From: an uncultured Bacilli bacterium
GTDB lineage: Bacteria; Bacillota_I; Bacilli_A; RF39; UBA660
Direction: 5' to 3'
NCBI GenBank assembly: GCA_944331945.1
Contig: CALVJC010000068.1
Location: forward strand, 1-37,238
DNA length: 37,238 nucleotides
In this document: piece after piece, positions 1-8,604 of the stretch
Layout of the letters: every line of letters starts with the position of its first letter
Numbering within the stretch: the first letter of the stretch is position 1
Notes under the pieces: generated by a model
Seen by the model: only the letters and a program-made list of their open reading frames with translations
Told to the model about the DNA's origin: nothing
The model's database searches: none
Translations under genes and position numbers: made by a program

Positions 1-627
1 TATCAAAAGAGTAAAGAGATTGGGACGACGATTTATGTGGCGATCGATCAGAGGTTTGAGGGTTCTATTACCATAGCGGATAAAATTAAAGCGGATTCTT
101 ATTCTGCAGTGAAAAAGTGGCGTGAAAATCATGTTCGTAAAATTGTTATGTTAACAGGGGACCTGGAAGAGATAGGCCGGGAAGTGGCGAAAGAGTTGGG
201 CCTAGATTCTTATTATGCCGAATTATTACCTCAAGATAAGGTGGAGAAAGTAGAAGCGTTGATGAAGGAGAAAACAGGTAAGGGTAAGTTACTCTTTCTT
301 GGGGATGGAATTAATGATGCGCCTGTTCTAGCTTTATCCGATATTGGTGTAGCGATGGGAGGCGTAGGTAGTGATGCGGCGATTGAAGCGAGTGATATGG
401 TCATTATGACAGATGAACCTTCTAAGATAGCAGATGCTATTCAAATTAGTAAAAAAACAATGAAGATTGTGAAAGAAAACATTCTTTTTGCCATCGTTGT
501 TAAAATTGTTGTTTTGCTTCTTTGTACTTTGGGAGTTGCTAGTATGTGGGCTGCTGTATTTGCTGATGTTGGGGTATCGGTGTTAGCGGTTTTGAATGCT
601 CTTCGTGTGCTAAGAATTAAGTATTAA
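1..627 (+). CDS. Heavy-metal translocating P-type (P1B) ATPase, C-terminal ~208 aa; 5' end lies outside the window
   Basis: Frame 1 is open from base 1 (YQKSKEIGTTIYVAIDQRF...), so the listed GTG at 37 is internal. It carries the MLTGD, LLPQDK and GDGINDAPVLA hinge motifs of P-type ATPases, then two hydrophobic C-terminal helices. TAA stop at 625-627. Confidence 0.85.
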   Translation, partial: YQKSKEIGTTIYVAIDQRFEGSITIADKIKADSYSAVKKWRENHVRKIVMLTGDLEEIGREVAKELGLDSYYAELLPQDKVEKVEALMKEKTGKGKLLFLGDGINDAPVLALSDIGVAMGGVGSDAAIEASDMVIMTDEPSKIADAIQISKKTMKIVKENILFAIVVKIVVLLLCTLGVASMWAAVFADVGVSVLAVLNALRVLRIKY

Positions 628-659
628 AAGTTTCTTTTGCAAAAATTAAGAAAAAGAGC

Positions 660-687
660 TTGGAAAAAATTAAAAATATGATACAAT
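660..687 (+). promoter_or_regulatory. Putative sigma-A promoter of the T-box/HAD/tyrS operon
   Basis: TTGGAA (660-665), 16-nt spacer, TACAAT (682-687) preceded by TGA (extended -10-like). Lies just upstream of the T-box leader. Confidence 0.4.
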
Positions 688-693
688 GGTAGT

Positions 694-894
694 AGATTTT
701 CGATGAACAATGGAAGTAGTAGAAAGAATATTTTCAAAGAGACTTAGTGGTGGTGTGAACTAAGAGGTATCTTTTTATGAAATACACATTGGGAGAAAAG
801 CGTGTCAAAGCGTTAATTTGAAGAAGTGCATAGTCTCTATGAACTAAGGTGGTACCGCGGGGAAACTCGTCCTTAGATTATAGGGGCTTTTTTT
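694..894 (+). promoter_or_regulatory. T-box riboswitch leader, tyrosine specifier (UAC)
   Basis: Conserved T-box sequence AACTAAGGTGGTACCGCGG at 842-860. Stem I elements are present: AGTA, AGAGA at 738-742, distal GGTGTGA. A candidate specifier TAC at 783-785 is followed by A. Antiterminator pairing CTAAGG (844-849) with CCTTAG (871-876) competes with a terminator hairpin GTCCTTA(869-875)/TAGGGGC(881-887) followed by a T-run at 888-894. tyrS lies downstream. Confidence 0.8.
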
Positions 895-904
895 GGGGGA
901 GAAT

Positions 905-1537
905 ATGATGGAAAAAAAGCGAATTATTTTTGATATTGATTATACTTTGTTAGAGCCAAATTATCATCGGGAGAAGGCTTTTTTTAGACAGGTGACACCT
1001 CATAGTGGAGAATATTTTTTTACGCATATGGGAGATATTTTAAAAGATTATGAGAGTCGTTATTCCTTTTATAATAAGGATCAGTTATTATGGCATTTGA
1101 ATCAATATAGTAATGTTCCTTTGCCACCTTATTTTATTGAAGATTGGTTTCAATTTAATACGGATTTAGATCCTCAGCCAATGGAAGAGGCGAAGAGAGT
1201 TCTTGCTTATTTACAAGAAAAGGAATATGAAATTGTCGCTCTTACGAATTGGTTTAAAGAACCACAAGAAGAGAAATTACGGGTAGTTGGTATTCGGTCT
1301 TATTTTGATGAGATTTATGGGGGAGATACTTTTTTGAAACCAAATCCTGAAAGTTATCGTGTAGCGATGGGAAAACACAAAGCAGAAGATTGTTGTATCG
1401 TAGGAGATGATTATCTTAATGATATTCAGGGAGCTGCTTTTGTGGGGCTTGATGGTATTTATTTAGAACGCAAAGAAGAGCCGAAATGTTCTGCTCCGAA
1501 AATTAAGCGTCTTGGCGAATTGAAAAAATATTTATGA
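905..1537 (+). CDS. HAD-superfamily (subfamily IA-like) phosphatase/hydrolase
   Basis: Motif I FDIDYTLL (DxDxT), LTNW, KPNPESY and GDDYLNDIQGA. ATG at 905 sits behind GGGGGAG; the listed TTG at 893 lies inside the T-box terminator T-run. Confidence 0.8.
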   Translation: MMEKKRIIFDIDYTLLEPNYHREKAFFRQVTPHSGEYFFTHMGDILKDYESRYSFYNKDQLLWHLNQYSNVPLPPYFIEDWFQFNTDLDPQPMEEAKRVLAYLQEKEYEIVALTNWFKEPQEEKLRVVGIRSYFDEIYGGDTFLKPNPESYRVAMGKHKAEDCCIVGDDYLNDIQGAAFVGLDGIYLERKEEPKCSAPKIKRLGELKKYL

Positions 1538-1550
1538 AAGAAGGGATTTT

Positions 1551-2783
1551 ATGACATTGTTTGAAGAATTAGAATGGCGTGGTTTGGTAAAAGATACAGC
1601 AGGAGATGATATTGCCGATAAGATAAATAGTGGAAATATTACTTTTTATTGGGGAACGGATCCTACTGCTGATAGCTTACATCTTGGACATTATTCCTCT
1701 TTAGTAACGGCAAAGCGTCTTGCAAAGGCTGGACATCATCCGATTTTACTTTGTGGAGGGGCGACCGGATTGATTGGTGATCCTAGACCTACCGCCGAAC
1801 GAGAGATTATTTCAAAAGAGACTTTAAATAAAAATTTGGAAGGAATTAAAAATCAGGTAGAGCGTATTTTTGAAGGAAAAGCCGAAGTTGTTAACAATTA
1901 TGACTGGTTTAAGGGTTATGAAGTAACGGATTTTCTTCGAGATGTAGGGAAATATATTAATGTTAATTATATGCTTGATAAAGATATTATTAGAAGACGT
2001 CTTGATAGTGGAATTACCTTTGCTGAATTTGCTTATACCTTAATTCAAGGTTATGATTTTCTTCATTTGTTTGAAGAAAAAAATTGTATTATGCAGGTAG
2101 AAGGTAGTGATCAATGGGGAAATATTACGACAGGCATTGATTTGATTCGGAAAAAGTTAGGAAAGCAAGCTTATGGCTTTACGATGCCTTTGGTTCTTGA
2201 TAAATATGGAAATAAATTTGGTAAAAGTGAAGGGAATGCTTTATGGCTTGATCGGAATAAGACTTCTAGTTATGAGTTATACCAATACCTTATTAATGTC
2301 GATGATGAAATGGTAATTGATTATTTAAAAATCTTTACCTTTCTAAGTAAAGAAGAAATTGAAGAATTCGATCGAAAAAATAAGGAGCATCCAGAGTTAA
2401 GGGAAGCACATAAAATGCTTGCAAAGTGTATTATTACGGATTTACATGGCGAAGAAGCTTATTTGGAGGCTGAGAGGATTAGTGAGAATTTATTCCGAGG
2501 TGATATTGCTTCCTTTACGGGAAAAGAGATTGAAGATGCGTTTAAAGGCCTTCCTCGAAAAGAAATGCATGAAGAGAAGAATATTGTTGATTTCTTAGTT
2601 TCTTTTGGTATTTGCAGTAGTAAAAGGGAAGCGAGAGAGTTTATTTCGAATGGTAGTATTTTATTAAATGGTCAAAAAGTAAGTGATATTTCTTTGATGG
2701 TGACAAAGGAACTTGCAATCGAAGGAAAATATTTAGTGGTTCGTCGTGGAAAGAAGAAGTATTCTATTGTTATCTTCTCTTAA
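1551..2783 (+). CDS. tyrS: Tyrosyl-tRNA synthetase
   Basis: Class I HIGH motif (LHLGHY), KMSKS-type motif (KFGKS), C-terminal S4-like RNA-binding domain, 410 aa. Preceded by a Tyr T-box. Confidence 0.95.
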   Translation: MTLFEELEWRGLVKDTAGDDIADKINSGNITFYWGTDPTADSLHLGHYSSLVTAKRLAKAGHHPILLCGGATGLIGDPRPTAEREIISKETLNKNLEGIKNQVERIFEGKAEVVNNYDWFKGYEVTDFLRDVGKYINVNYMLDKDIIRRRLDSGITFAEFAYTLIQGYDFLHLFEEKNCIMQVEGSDQWGNITTGIDLIRKKLGKQAYGFTMPLVLDKYGNKFGKSEGNALWLDRNKTSSYELYQYLINVDDEMVIDYLKIFTFLSKEEIEEFDRKNKEHPELREAHKMLAKCIITDLHGEEAYLEAERISENLFRGDIASFTGKEIEDAFKGLPRKEMHEEKNIVDFLVSFGICSSKREAREFISNGSILLNGQKVSDISLMVTKELAIEGKYLVVRRGKKKYSIVIFS

Positions 2784-2814
2784 TTTATGATAAGATAAAT
2801 AGGAGGGTGATAAG

Positions 2815-4158
2815 ATGAAAAGAAAAGAAACTAAAGAGCAGAAAAAGAAAAAGTTAGAGTCAGAAGATCAAAGAAAAATTGTGAAGTGGCTTAAACTGGT
2901 CATTGTGTTATGTGTTCTTATTTTAGTTGTAGAGGTTGTTTTCATTATTTTAAAAGCATATCAAAATAGCCAAAATCAAATTTATATCGATACTTTTGGA
3001 TCGGTAGAAAAAATCGATGATGGTTACCTTGGGGTAGGAAGTAGTGATTTTCATTATAGTGATTTTAATTCTTATACCAAGGAATATGAAAAAGCGAAAC
3101 TTGTTAAATATAATGAAGAGAAAGAAATTGTTTTTGAATCCGCTTATACGGAGGCAGATTATAATTCTTATTTCTATGATGTAGCAGAGACGAATGATTC
3201 TTATATTGCTGTTGGAGGGGCTCAATATGATAAAGAGCAATTGGAATATAATTTAACGGAAGGTATTATTGTAGAGTATGATAAAGAAGGAAAACAGCAG
3301 AAAGTAACCAGAGTAGAAGTATTGGATGATACGATTTTTACGCATATTGAAGTGGTTGATGATGGATATCTTGTTTCAGGGCAAAGTATTCTTGAGAATA
3401 TGACGGTTGGTGTAGATGATCGTGGTGGTGCACTTTTGATTAAATACGATTTTGACGGAAATGAAGTCTGGAGAGCAAATTATGGTGGTTCTAAGTCAGC
3501 TATTTTCAATGACTTTGTGGTAACGGATGATGCGATTTATGCTGTCGGAAAAGATGCTACTCGGTATGGTATGATTGCTAAATATACGCTTGATGGTGAA
3601 AGAGTTTTTGCGAAATCTTATGAATATACGGATACGGTTGGTTTTAGTTCTATTGTACAAGATGGTGATGATTTTGTCGTAGTGGGAAGTAAGACTTTAA
3701 ATATTGAAGCTTCCGATCAAGATAAAATTACTGCTGGTTTGTTGTTAAAATACGATTCTGATGGCAATATTATTTATGAGAGAACGTTTGATCAGAATAA
3801 TACTGCACGCTTTAATAGTGTGATTCTTGATGGAGATGATATTGTTGTCGTAGGTCATACTGCCAAAAAAGATGAAGAGGAATCAACGGATCAATACAAT
3901 GTGTTCCGTTATAGTGGTATTTTGGCAAAATATGATCAAGATGGTAATTTAGTAACGAGTCAAGTCGAAGAAGGAAGTCGGGATACTTACTTTAGTGATT
4001 TGTTGAGTGTTGATGATACTTATCTTGTGGTAGGACAAACGTCATCTTCTGAATTGGGTGGAAATAATAAAGATTTTGTTCCGTTCTTTTTAACCTATGA
4101 TAAAGAAGGAAAGGCTTTAAATAGTGAAACTATATTTGAAGAAAAAGTTTTCGATTGA
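2815..4158 (+). CDS. Membrane-anchored protein with about 7 beta-propeller-like repeats, function unknown
   Basis: Lys-rich N-terminus and one TM helix (LVIVLCVLILVVEVVFIIL). A recurring unit follows: DDxYxxVG ... (K/E)YDxDGN (LIKYDFDGNEVW, IAKYTLDGERVF, LLKYDSDGNIIY, LAKYDQDGNLVT, FLTYDKEGKAL, IVEYDKEGKQQ, LVKYNEEKEIVF). Strong SD AGGAGGGTGA. Confidence 0.7.
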   Translation: MKRKETKEQKKKKLESEDQRKIVKWLKLVIVLCVLILVVEVVFIILKAYQNSQNQIYIDTFGSVEKIDDGYLGVGSSDFHYSDFNSYTKEYEKAKLVKYNEEKEIVFESAYTEADYNSYFYDVAETNDSYIAVGGAQYDKEQLEYNLTEGIIVEYDKEGKQQKVTRVEVLDDTIFTHIEVVDDGYLVSGQSILENMTVGVDDRGGALLIKYDFDGNEVWRANYGGSKSAIFNDFVVTDDAIYAVGKDATRYGMIAKYTLDGERVFAKSYEYTDTVGFSSIVQDGDDFVVVGSKTLNIEASDQDKITAGLLLKYDSDGNIIYERTFDQNNTARFNSVILDGDDIVVVGHTAKKDEEESTDQYNVFRYSGILAKYDQDGNLVTSQVEEGSRDTYFSDLLSVDDTYLVVGQTSSSELGGNNKDFVPFFLTYDKEGKALNSETIFEEKVFD

Positions 4159-4498
4159 TTCTTCGGTGAAAAAAAATCCACCTTTAAGTGAAAAGGGAAT
4201 TCGAGAAGCTCGTTTATTTCAATTGATGATGTCTTCTCTTCCTATTGATTTTTGTTTTACGGATTCTTCTGTCGCTGGTATCGGTAGTGCGATGCTTTTG
4301 GTCGGAGATAAACTTGAAATTGGACGGGATTCTCGTTTGGAAATGAAAAAATCCACAGAGCTTGTGGAAAAAAATGTTCAATCTTTTCTTAGTGATCTAA
4401 AAGAACTATCCTCTTCAGCTGTTGTACTTATTTTAGCGGAAGAAAATATTTTATCTATTATTGAAAAGAATTTTTTTGATACTACGGTTTTGCTGTAG
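4124..4498 (+). CDS. Histidine-phosphatase (PGAM-family)-like remnant or pseudoenzyme lacking the RHG catalytic motif
   Basis: MKLYLKKKFSIDSSVKKNPPLSEKGIREARL...IDFCFTDSSVAGIGSAMLL follows the family pattern MKiyLvRHGeT...D.PLte.G..QA...fD.iysSpl.RA.qTA, but the catalytic residues are replaced and it is only 124 aa. GTG start overlaps the upstream gene by 35 nt. Confidence 0.35.
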   Translation: MKLYLKKKFSIDSSVKKNPPLSEKGIREARLFQLMMSSLPIDFCFTDSSVAGIGSAMLLVGDKLEIGRDSRLEMKKSTELVEKNVQSFLSDLKELSSSAVVLILAEENILSIIEKNFFDTTVLL

Positions 4499-4505
4499 TA
4501 TTTTT

Positions 4506-5258
4506 TTAAAAGGGAAGTTGAATTCGTAAAGCGAATTTCCAAAGGGGCATATTGTTTGAAATATTTAAGCGTGGTATTTCATAGTTTGAATCAAAATATT
4601 GCATTTTGCGATGCTCTTTATTGGGACCAAAAGTAAAAGCAAGCTTATATTTTCTTTCTTTTAGGATTTCTTTTATCTTTTTATTATGATCTCCATAAGG
4701 ATAGGCTAAATATTTTGTTGATATGATAGTATCCATTTTGTTAAAGTCTTCTTCTAATTCTTCTTTGTCTTTTTCTATTGAGCCTTTTTTGTGAAGTTGA
4801 TAGGTATGTGAAGCAATCTCAATATTAGGGTATTCTGTCTTGACTTTTTCTAATATTTCTTTTGACATATAGTTTTTATCATTTTTTTCTATGTTTTCGC
4901 CAATATAGAAAACAACTGCCTTCATATTATATTTTTTTAATAAGGGAAAAGCTAAGTCATAATTTGATTGATAGCCATCGTCCATTGTAATGAGGACACT
5001 TTTTATGGGTATTTTTTTCTTTCCTTGTTTGTATTGATAAAGTTCATCTAGGCTTAAAGTATAATAATGATTCTCTTTCAAATATTGTAGTTGCTCTTCA
5101 AATTGGTTAATGGGAATGGTTAGATCATCCGTTGATTCGTTGTTTTCTGTAAAATTGTGGTATCCAAGAATAGCAACGCTTGGATATCTGCAGTAAAAAA
5201 AGAAGATAATTAATATAAGAGTTAAAACAATAACAATTATTACAAGTTTTTTATTCAT
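4506..5258 (-). CDS. Polysaccharide deacetylase (NodB-homology domain), membrane-anchored
   Basis: N-terminal TM helix. NodB motifs: ITMDDGYQSNYDLAFPLLKKYNMKAVVFYIG, and HTYQLH downstream. SD AAAGGAG before the ATG. Confidence 0.8.
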   Translation of the reverse strand: MNKKLVIIVIVLTLILIIFFFYCRYPSVAILGYHNFTENNESTDDLTIPINQFEEQLQYLKENHYYTLSLDELYQYKQGKKKIPIKSVLITMDDGYQSNYDLAFPLLKKYNMKAVVFYIGENIEKNDKNYMSKEILEKVKTEYPNIEIASHTYQLHKKGSIEKDKEELEEDFNKMDTIISTKYLAYPYGDHNKKIKEILKERKYKLAFTFGPNKEHRKMQYFDSNYEIPRLNISNNMPLWKFALRIQLPF

Positions 5259-5289
5259 TTTTTCTACTCCTTTTAGTATAACAAATTAA

Positions 5290-5320
5290 AAACTAAAAAG
5301 CATCTTTTTGAGGATGCTTT
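5290..5320 (-). terminator. Rho-independent terminator of rpsD
   Basis: On the minus strand: AAAGCATC-loop-GATGCTTT, followed by TTTTAGTTTT. The stem overlaps the rpsD stop codon. Confidence 0.65.
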
Positions 5321-5921
5321 ATTTGTTATAGAATTCAACAATTAATGCTTCATTGATATCCATGTTAAGTTCATTTCTTTCAGGATATCTTACATAAGTA
5401 CCTTCTAGTTTATTTTCATCAAAGGTAACATATTCAACTCGTTTATTTACTTTTGCTAAAGCTTCTAGTGCTGCTTTATGATCTTTTGAGTTTTCTTTTA
5501 AAGCAATTTTTTGTCCTGGTTTTACACGATAAGATGGGATATCAACTTTTTTACCATCTACTGTGATATGTCCGTGGTTTACAAGTTGTCTTGCTGCTCG
5601 ACGTGTTGTTGCAAATCCTAAACGATAAACTAAGTTATCAAGACGAGACTCTAAACAAATTAAGAAATTGGTACCATGAACACCAGCCATTTTTTTCGCT
5701 TCATCAAATGTTTTACGGAATTGTCTTTCGTTCATTCCATACATGAAACGTACTTTTTGTTTTTCTTTTAATTGAGTAGAATAATCACTAGGTTTTCCTT
5801 TTCTAGCTTGTCCGTGTTGTCCTGGGCCATAAGGTCTTTTCGCAAGTTCTTTTCCAGTCTCACTAATAGAAAAACCAACTCTTCTAGCTTGTTTATAACT
5901 AGGTCCTGTATATCTAGACAT
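5319..5921 (-). CDS. rpsD: 30S ribosomal protein S4
   Basis: [19 protein letters not shown]... N-terminus, S4 RNA-binding domain ([34 protein letters not shown]), 200 aa, SD GAAAGGAG. Confidence 0.95.
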   Translation of the reverse strand: MSRYTGPSYKQARRVGFSISETGKELAKRPYGPGQHGQARKGKPSDYSTQLKEKQKVRFMYGMNERQFRKTFDEAKKMAGVHGTNFLICLESRLDNLVYRLGFATTRRAARQLVNHGHITVDGKKVDIPSYRVKPGQKIALKENSKDHKAALEALAKVNKRVEYVTFDENKLEGTYVRYPERNELNMDINEALIVEFYNK

Positions 5922-6082
5922 TCTTTTTCTCCTTTCTTTCGCAATTCTTGAACGTTACTTTCAACACTTATGCAGGGAGTTCTTGTTTGGTTCGTTCCCT
6001 TCCAGCAAAAAAGATACTAGAACCTTTCAAAAAACACATTGAATAAGGCAAAGTATTGCTGTCAAGTCAATCTGCAGTTACT

Positions 6083-6111
6083 ATCATATTATGAAATAAA
6101 GGTTTTGTCAA
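6083..6111 (-). promoter_or_regulatory. Putative sigma-A promoter of rpsD (gives a ~150-nt leader)
   Basis: Minus strand: TTGACA (6111-6106), 17 nt, TATGAT (6088-6083). Confidence 0.55.
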
Positions 6112-6182
6112 GAAAATTTGAAAAGTGGTAGATCAAAATAAGACTTTATGATATTATTATGATAGTAGAGGTGATCGACAAA

Positions 6183-7901
6183 ATGAAAGGACAGACTTTG
6201 TTTCTTATTACAGCGATAGTTGTTGTTTTTATTTTAATTCTTGTTGTGATCACTGTTTTGAAAAAGCGTCGTAAAAACTTTTATATACAAATTTGTAACG
6301 ATTTGGAAAGAGAAAAAAACTTGATTGGAAGTACCCCTGTTCTTTTAGAACTTTCCAAACTAGAACCCATTATTAAGAATGAAAAAATGGAAGAAAAGTA
6401 TCAAAAATGGCAAGATAAGTTTGAGGAAATTAAAACAAAAGAAATTCCCAAAATTGATGATATGTTGATTGAACTTGATACTTTAATTGATAAAAAAGAA
6501 TATAAAACTGCTAAATTTCGAATTGCAAAATGTGAGATGGAAGTTTATAAAGTAAGAGAACAAGCGAATGATTTGTTAGATCAAATTAAAGAAATTACTT
6601 TAAGTGAAGAAAAATATCGTAGTATTATTACGAAGTTAAAAACACAATATCGTAAATTAAATCAAAATTATCAAGAACATAAAAACTTATATGAATCGAT
6701 GGCTGAAGCGGTGGAATTACAACTAGAGAATATTGAAAAAAGATTCCTTGATTTTGAAAAGGCCATGGATCAAAATGAATATAATGAAGTGGTTCATATT
6801 GTGAAAGCGCTTGATACCATGATTGATCATATGAGTATTGTGATTGAAGAAGTTCCTGATTTGCTTTTAATGTGTAAACAATTAATTCCTCAACGTTTAA
6901 AAGAGATTGAAGAAACAAAGAATACGATGACAGAACAAGGTTATCCTTTAGAATATATGAATCTTGATTATAACTTAGAAGAAGCGAAAAAAAATGTAGA
7001 GACGATTCTTGATCGAATTAAAGTTTTAAATCTTGAAGATTGTATGTTTGAACTTAAGACTATTTTAGATTATTTAGATAGTATTTTTGTTGATTTTGAG
7101 AAAGAAAGATTATCTCGTAAAGTTTATGAAGAGACTTCGGTTGATTTTGCAAAGAAATTAAAGAAGACGAGTAAACTTGTAAAAGATATCTATGATCAAT
7201 TGGATGATATTAAAAATATGTATGATTTAAATGCAGAGGATGTTAAGATTATCGATGAAGTAAATAAAGATTTAGTGGGAATTCAAGATGATTATAAAAA
7301 GATGGATGATCAAGTGAAGAATCAGGCGACTCCTTATTCTTTGGTTCATAAAGAGGTAGATGCTTTATCGATTCGTTTAAAGCAAGTCGAAGCGACGCTT
7401 GATGTGGCTTTAAAATCTCTTGGTAATATGTATGAAGATGAACAAAGAGCGAGAGAACAGTTAACGGAAATTGATAATATCTTAAAAGAATGTAAAGAAC
7501 GAATGCGAGAATATAAATTACCGATTATCAGTGATCATTATTTTGTAGAACTTTCTGAAGCGAATGAAGCGATTCAAGAAGTGATTCGGGAATTATCACG
7601 GAAACCGATTGTAATTAAAACTTTAAATACAAGGGTAGATACCGCAAGAGATTTGGTTTTAAAATTATACCATACTACCCTTAGTATGATTAAAGAAGCA
7701 AAATTAAGTGAAATTGCGATTGTTTATGGAAATCGTTATCGAGGATTACATGAAGATATTGCAAGAGGATTAGAGCGTGCCAGTCATATGTTTTTTAAAG
7801 GAGATTATGCCACCTCCTTACAAGTATGCGTTGAAACCTTAAAATTAGTTGATGAAAATATAGAAAGAAAGATTTTAGCTTATGAAACAGAAATTAAATA
7901 G
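6183..7901 (+). CDS. ezrA: Septation ring formation regulator EzrA
   Basis: Single N-terminal TM helix, then ~540 aa of coiled coil. The C-terminal patch IVYGNRYRGLHEDIARGLERASHMFFKGDY matches B. subtilis EzrA (IIQFGNRYRSQNHILSEQLKEAERRFYAFDY). Synteny with rpsD/tyrS as in Bacillus. ATG at 6183 follows AGAGGTGA; the listed 6159 start lacks an SD. Confidence 0.85.
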   Translation: MKGQTLFLITAIVVVFILILVVITVLKKRRKNFYIQICNDLEREKNLIGSTPVLLELSKLEPIIKNEKMEEKYQKWQDKFEEIKTKEIPKIDDMLIELDTLIDKKEYKTAKFRIAKCEMEVYKVREQANDLLDQIKEITLSEEKYRSIITKLKTQYRKLNQNYQEHKNLYESMAEAVELQLENIEKRFLDFEKAMDQNEYNEVVHIVKALDTMIDHMSIVIEEVPDLLLMCKQLIPQRLKEIEETKNTMTEQGYPLEYMNLDYNLEEAKKNVETILDRIKVLNLEDCMFELKTILDYLDSIFVDFEKERLSRKVYEETSVDFAKKLKKTSKLVKDIYDQLDDIKNMYDLNAEDVKIIDEVNKDLVGIQDDYKKMDDQVKNQATPYSLVHKEVDALSIRLKQVEATLDVALKSLGNMYEDEQRAREQLTEIDNILKECKERMREYKLPIISDHYFVELSEANEAIQEVIRELSRKPIVIKTLNTRVDTARDLVLKLYHTTLSMIKEAKLSEIAIVYGNRYRGLHEDIARGLERASHMFFKGDYATSLQVCVETLKLVDENIERKILAYETEIK

Positions 7902-8514
7902 AATGGGTTTTGGGGCATATGAATTATTATCGGTGGCACTTGTTTGTCTTCTGTTATCTTGCATTTTATTAATGACTATTTTGGGAAATATTGATACAGA
8001 AAAATTTCAAGTTTTCTGTTATAATGCTAGAATTATGGCATTAAATGCTGTCAATGTACAAAATAGTACGGATCAAAATACTGTATATCTTTATCAAATG
8101 ATTGATAATGGTTTAATTTCTCCCATTAAAAATCCTTTTTCAGGAGATGATTATTGCGATCCTTATGAATCTAAAGTTACTTTTCAAGGAGAAGAGCGAA
8201 CCGTTACCTTACAGTGTGGAAATTATTTAATTTCACAAGAAAATATCGGTGATAGTGTTTATAATATCTATAAAGTTGGAGAATGGAAGGAAGGATATAA
8301 TCAAAAGAATGCCGAGACTAAGACAGTATATAATGTTAAAATAGAAAATAAATATCTGTTATCGGATTTTTATGAGGAAGATTTGTTTTTGTCTTTACTA
8401 AATGATTCCTTAAACAGTTCCTTTGCTTCCCTTGAAAAATTAGAGGATGAGTATGATATTTCCTCGAAGGAAGTATATCGCAGTAAAGAATGGGTGAAAG
8501 AGATAGATTATTAA
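7882..8514 (+). CDS. Hypothetical secreted/membrane protein with a prepilin-type (class III) N-terminal motif
   Basis: MKQKLNRMG|FGAYELLSVALVCLLL: a short basic leader, Gly at -1, Phe at +1, Glu at +5, then a hydrophobic helix. Overlaps the ezrA 3' end by 20 nt (alternative ATG at 7903). Confidence 0.55.
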   Translation: MKQKLNRMGFGAYELLSVALVCLLLSCILLMTILGNIDTEKFQVFCYNARIMALNAVNVQNSTDQNTVYLYQMIDNGLISPIKNPFSGDDYCDPYESKVTFQGEERTVTLQCGNYLISQENIGDSVYNIYKVGEWKEGYNQKNAETKTVYNVKIENKYLLSDFYEEDLFLSLLNDSLNSSFASLEKLEDEYDISSKEVYRSKEWVKEIDY

Positions 8515-8568
8515 GAAAATTTCGAATTATGTAAGATTATGTAAGTTCGGAATTTTCTTCTTTTTTTT
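8514..8568 (+). terminator. Rho-independent terminator
   Basis: AGAAAATTTCGAA (8514-8526) pairs with TTCGGAATTTTCT (8546-8558), 13 bp with one G-U, followed by TCTTTTTTTT. Confidence 0.7.
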
Positions 8569-8604
8569 GTGAATTATGATATAATGGAATAGAATGGTGG
8601 TGAT

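Noticed and set aside
8526-8545. Tandem 10-nt duplication ATTATGTAAG x2.
   Set aside because: It forms the loop of a strong terminator hairpin. Two copies only, so it is most likely a slippage duplication with no independent function.
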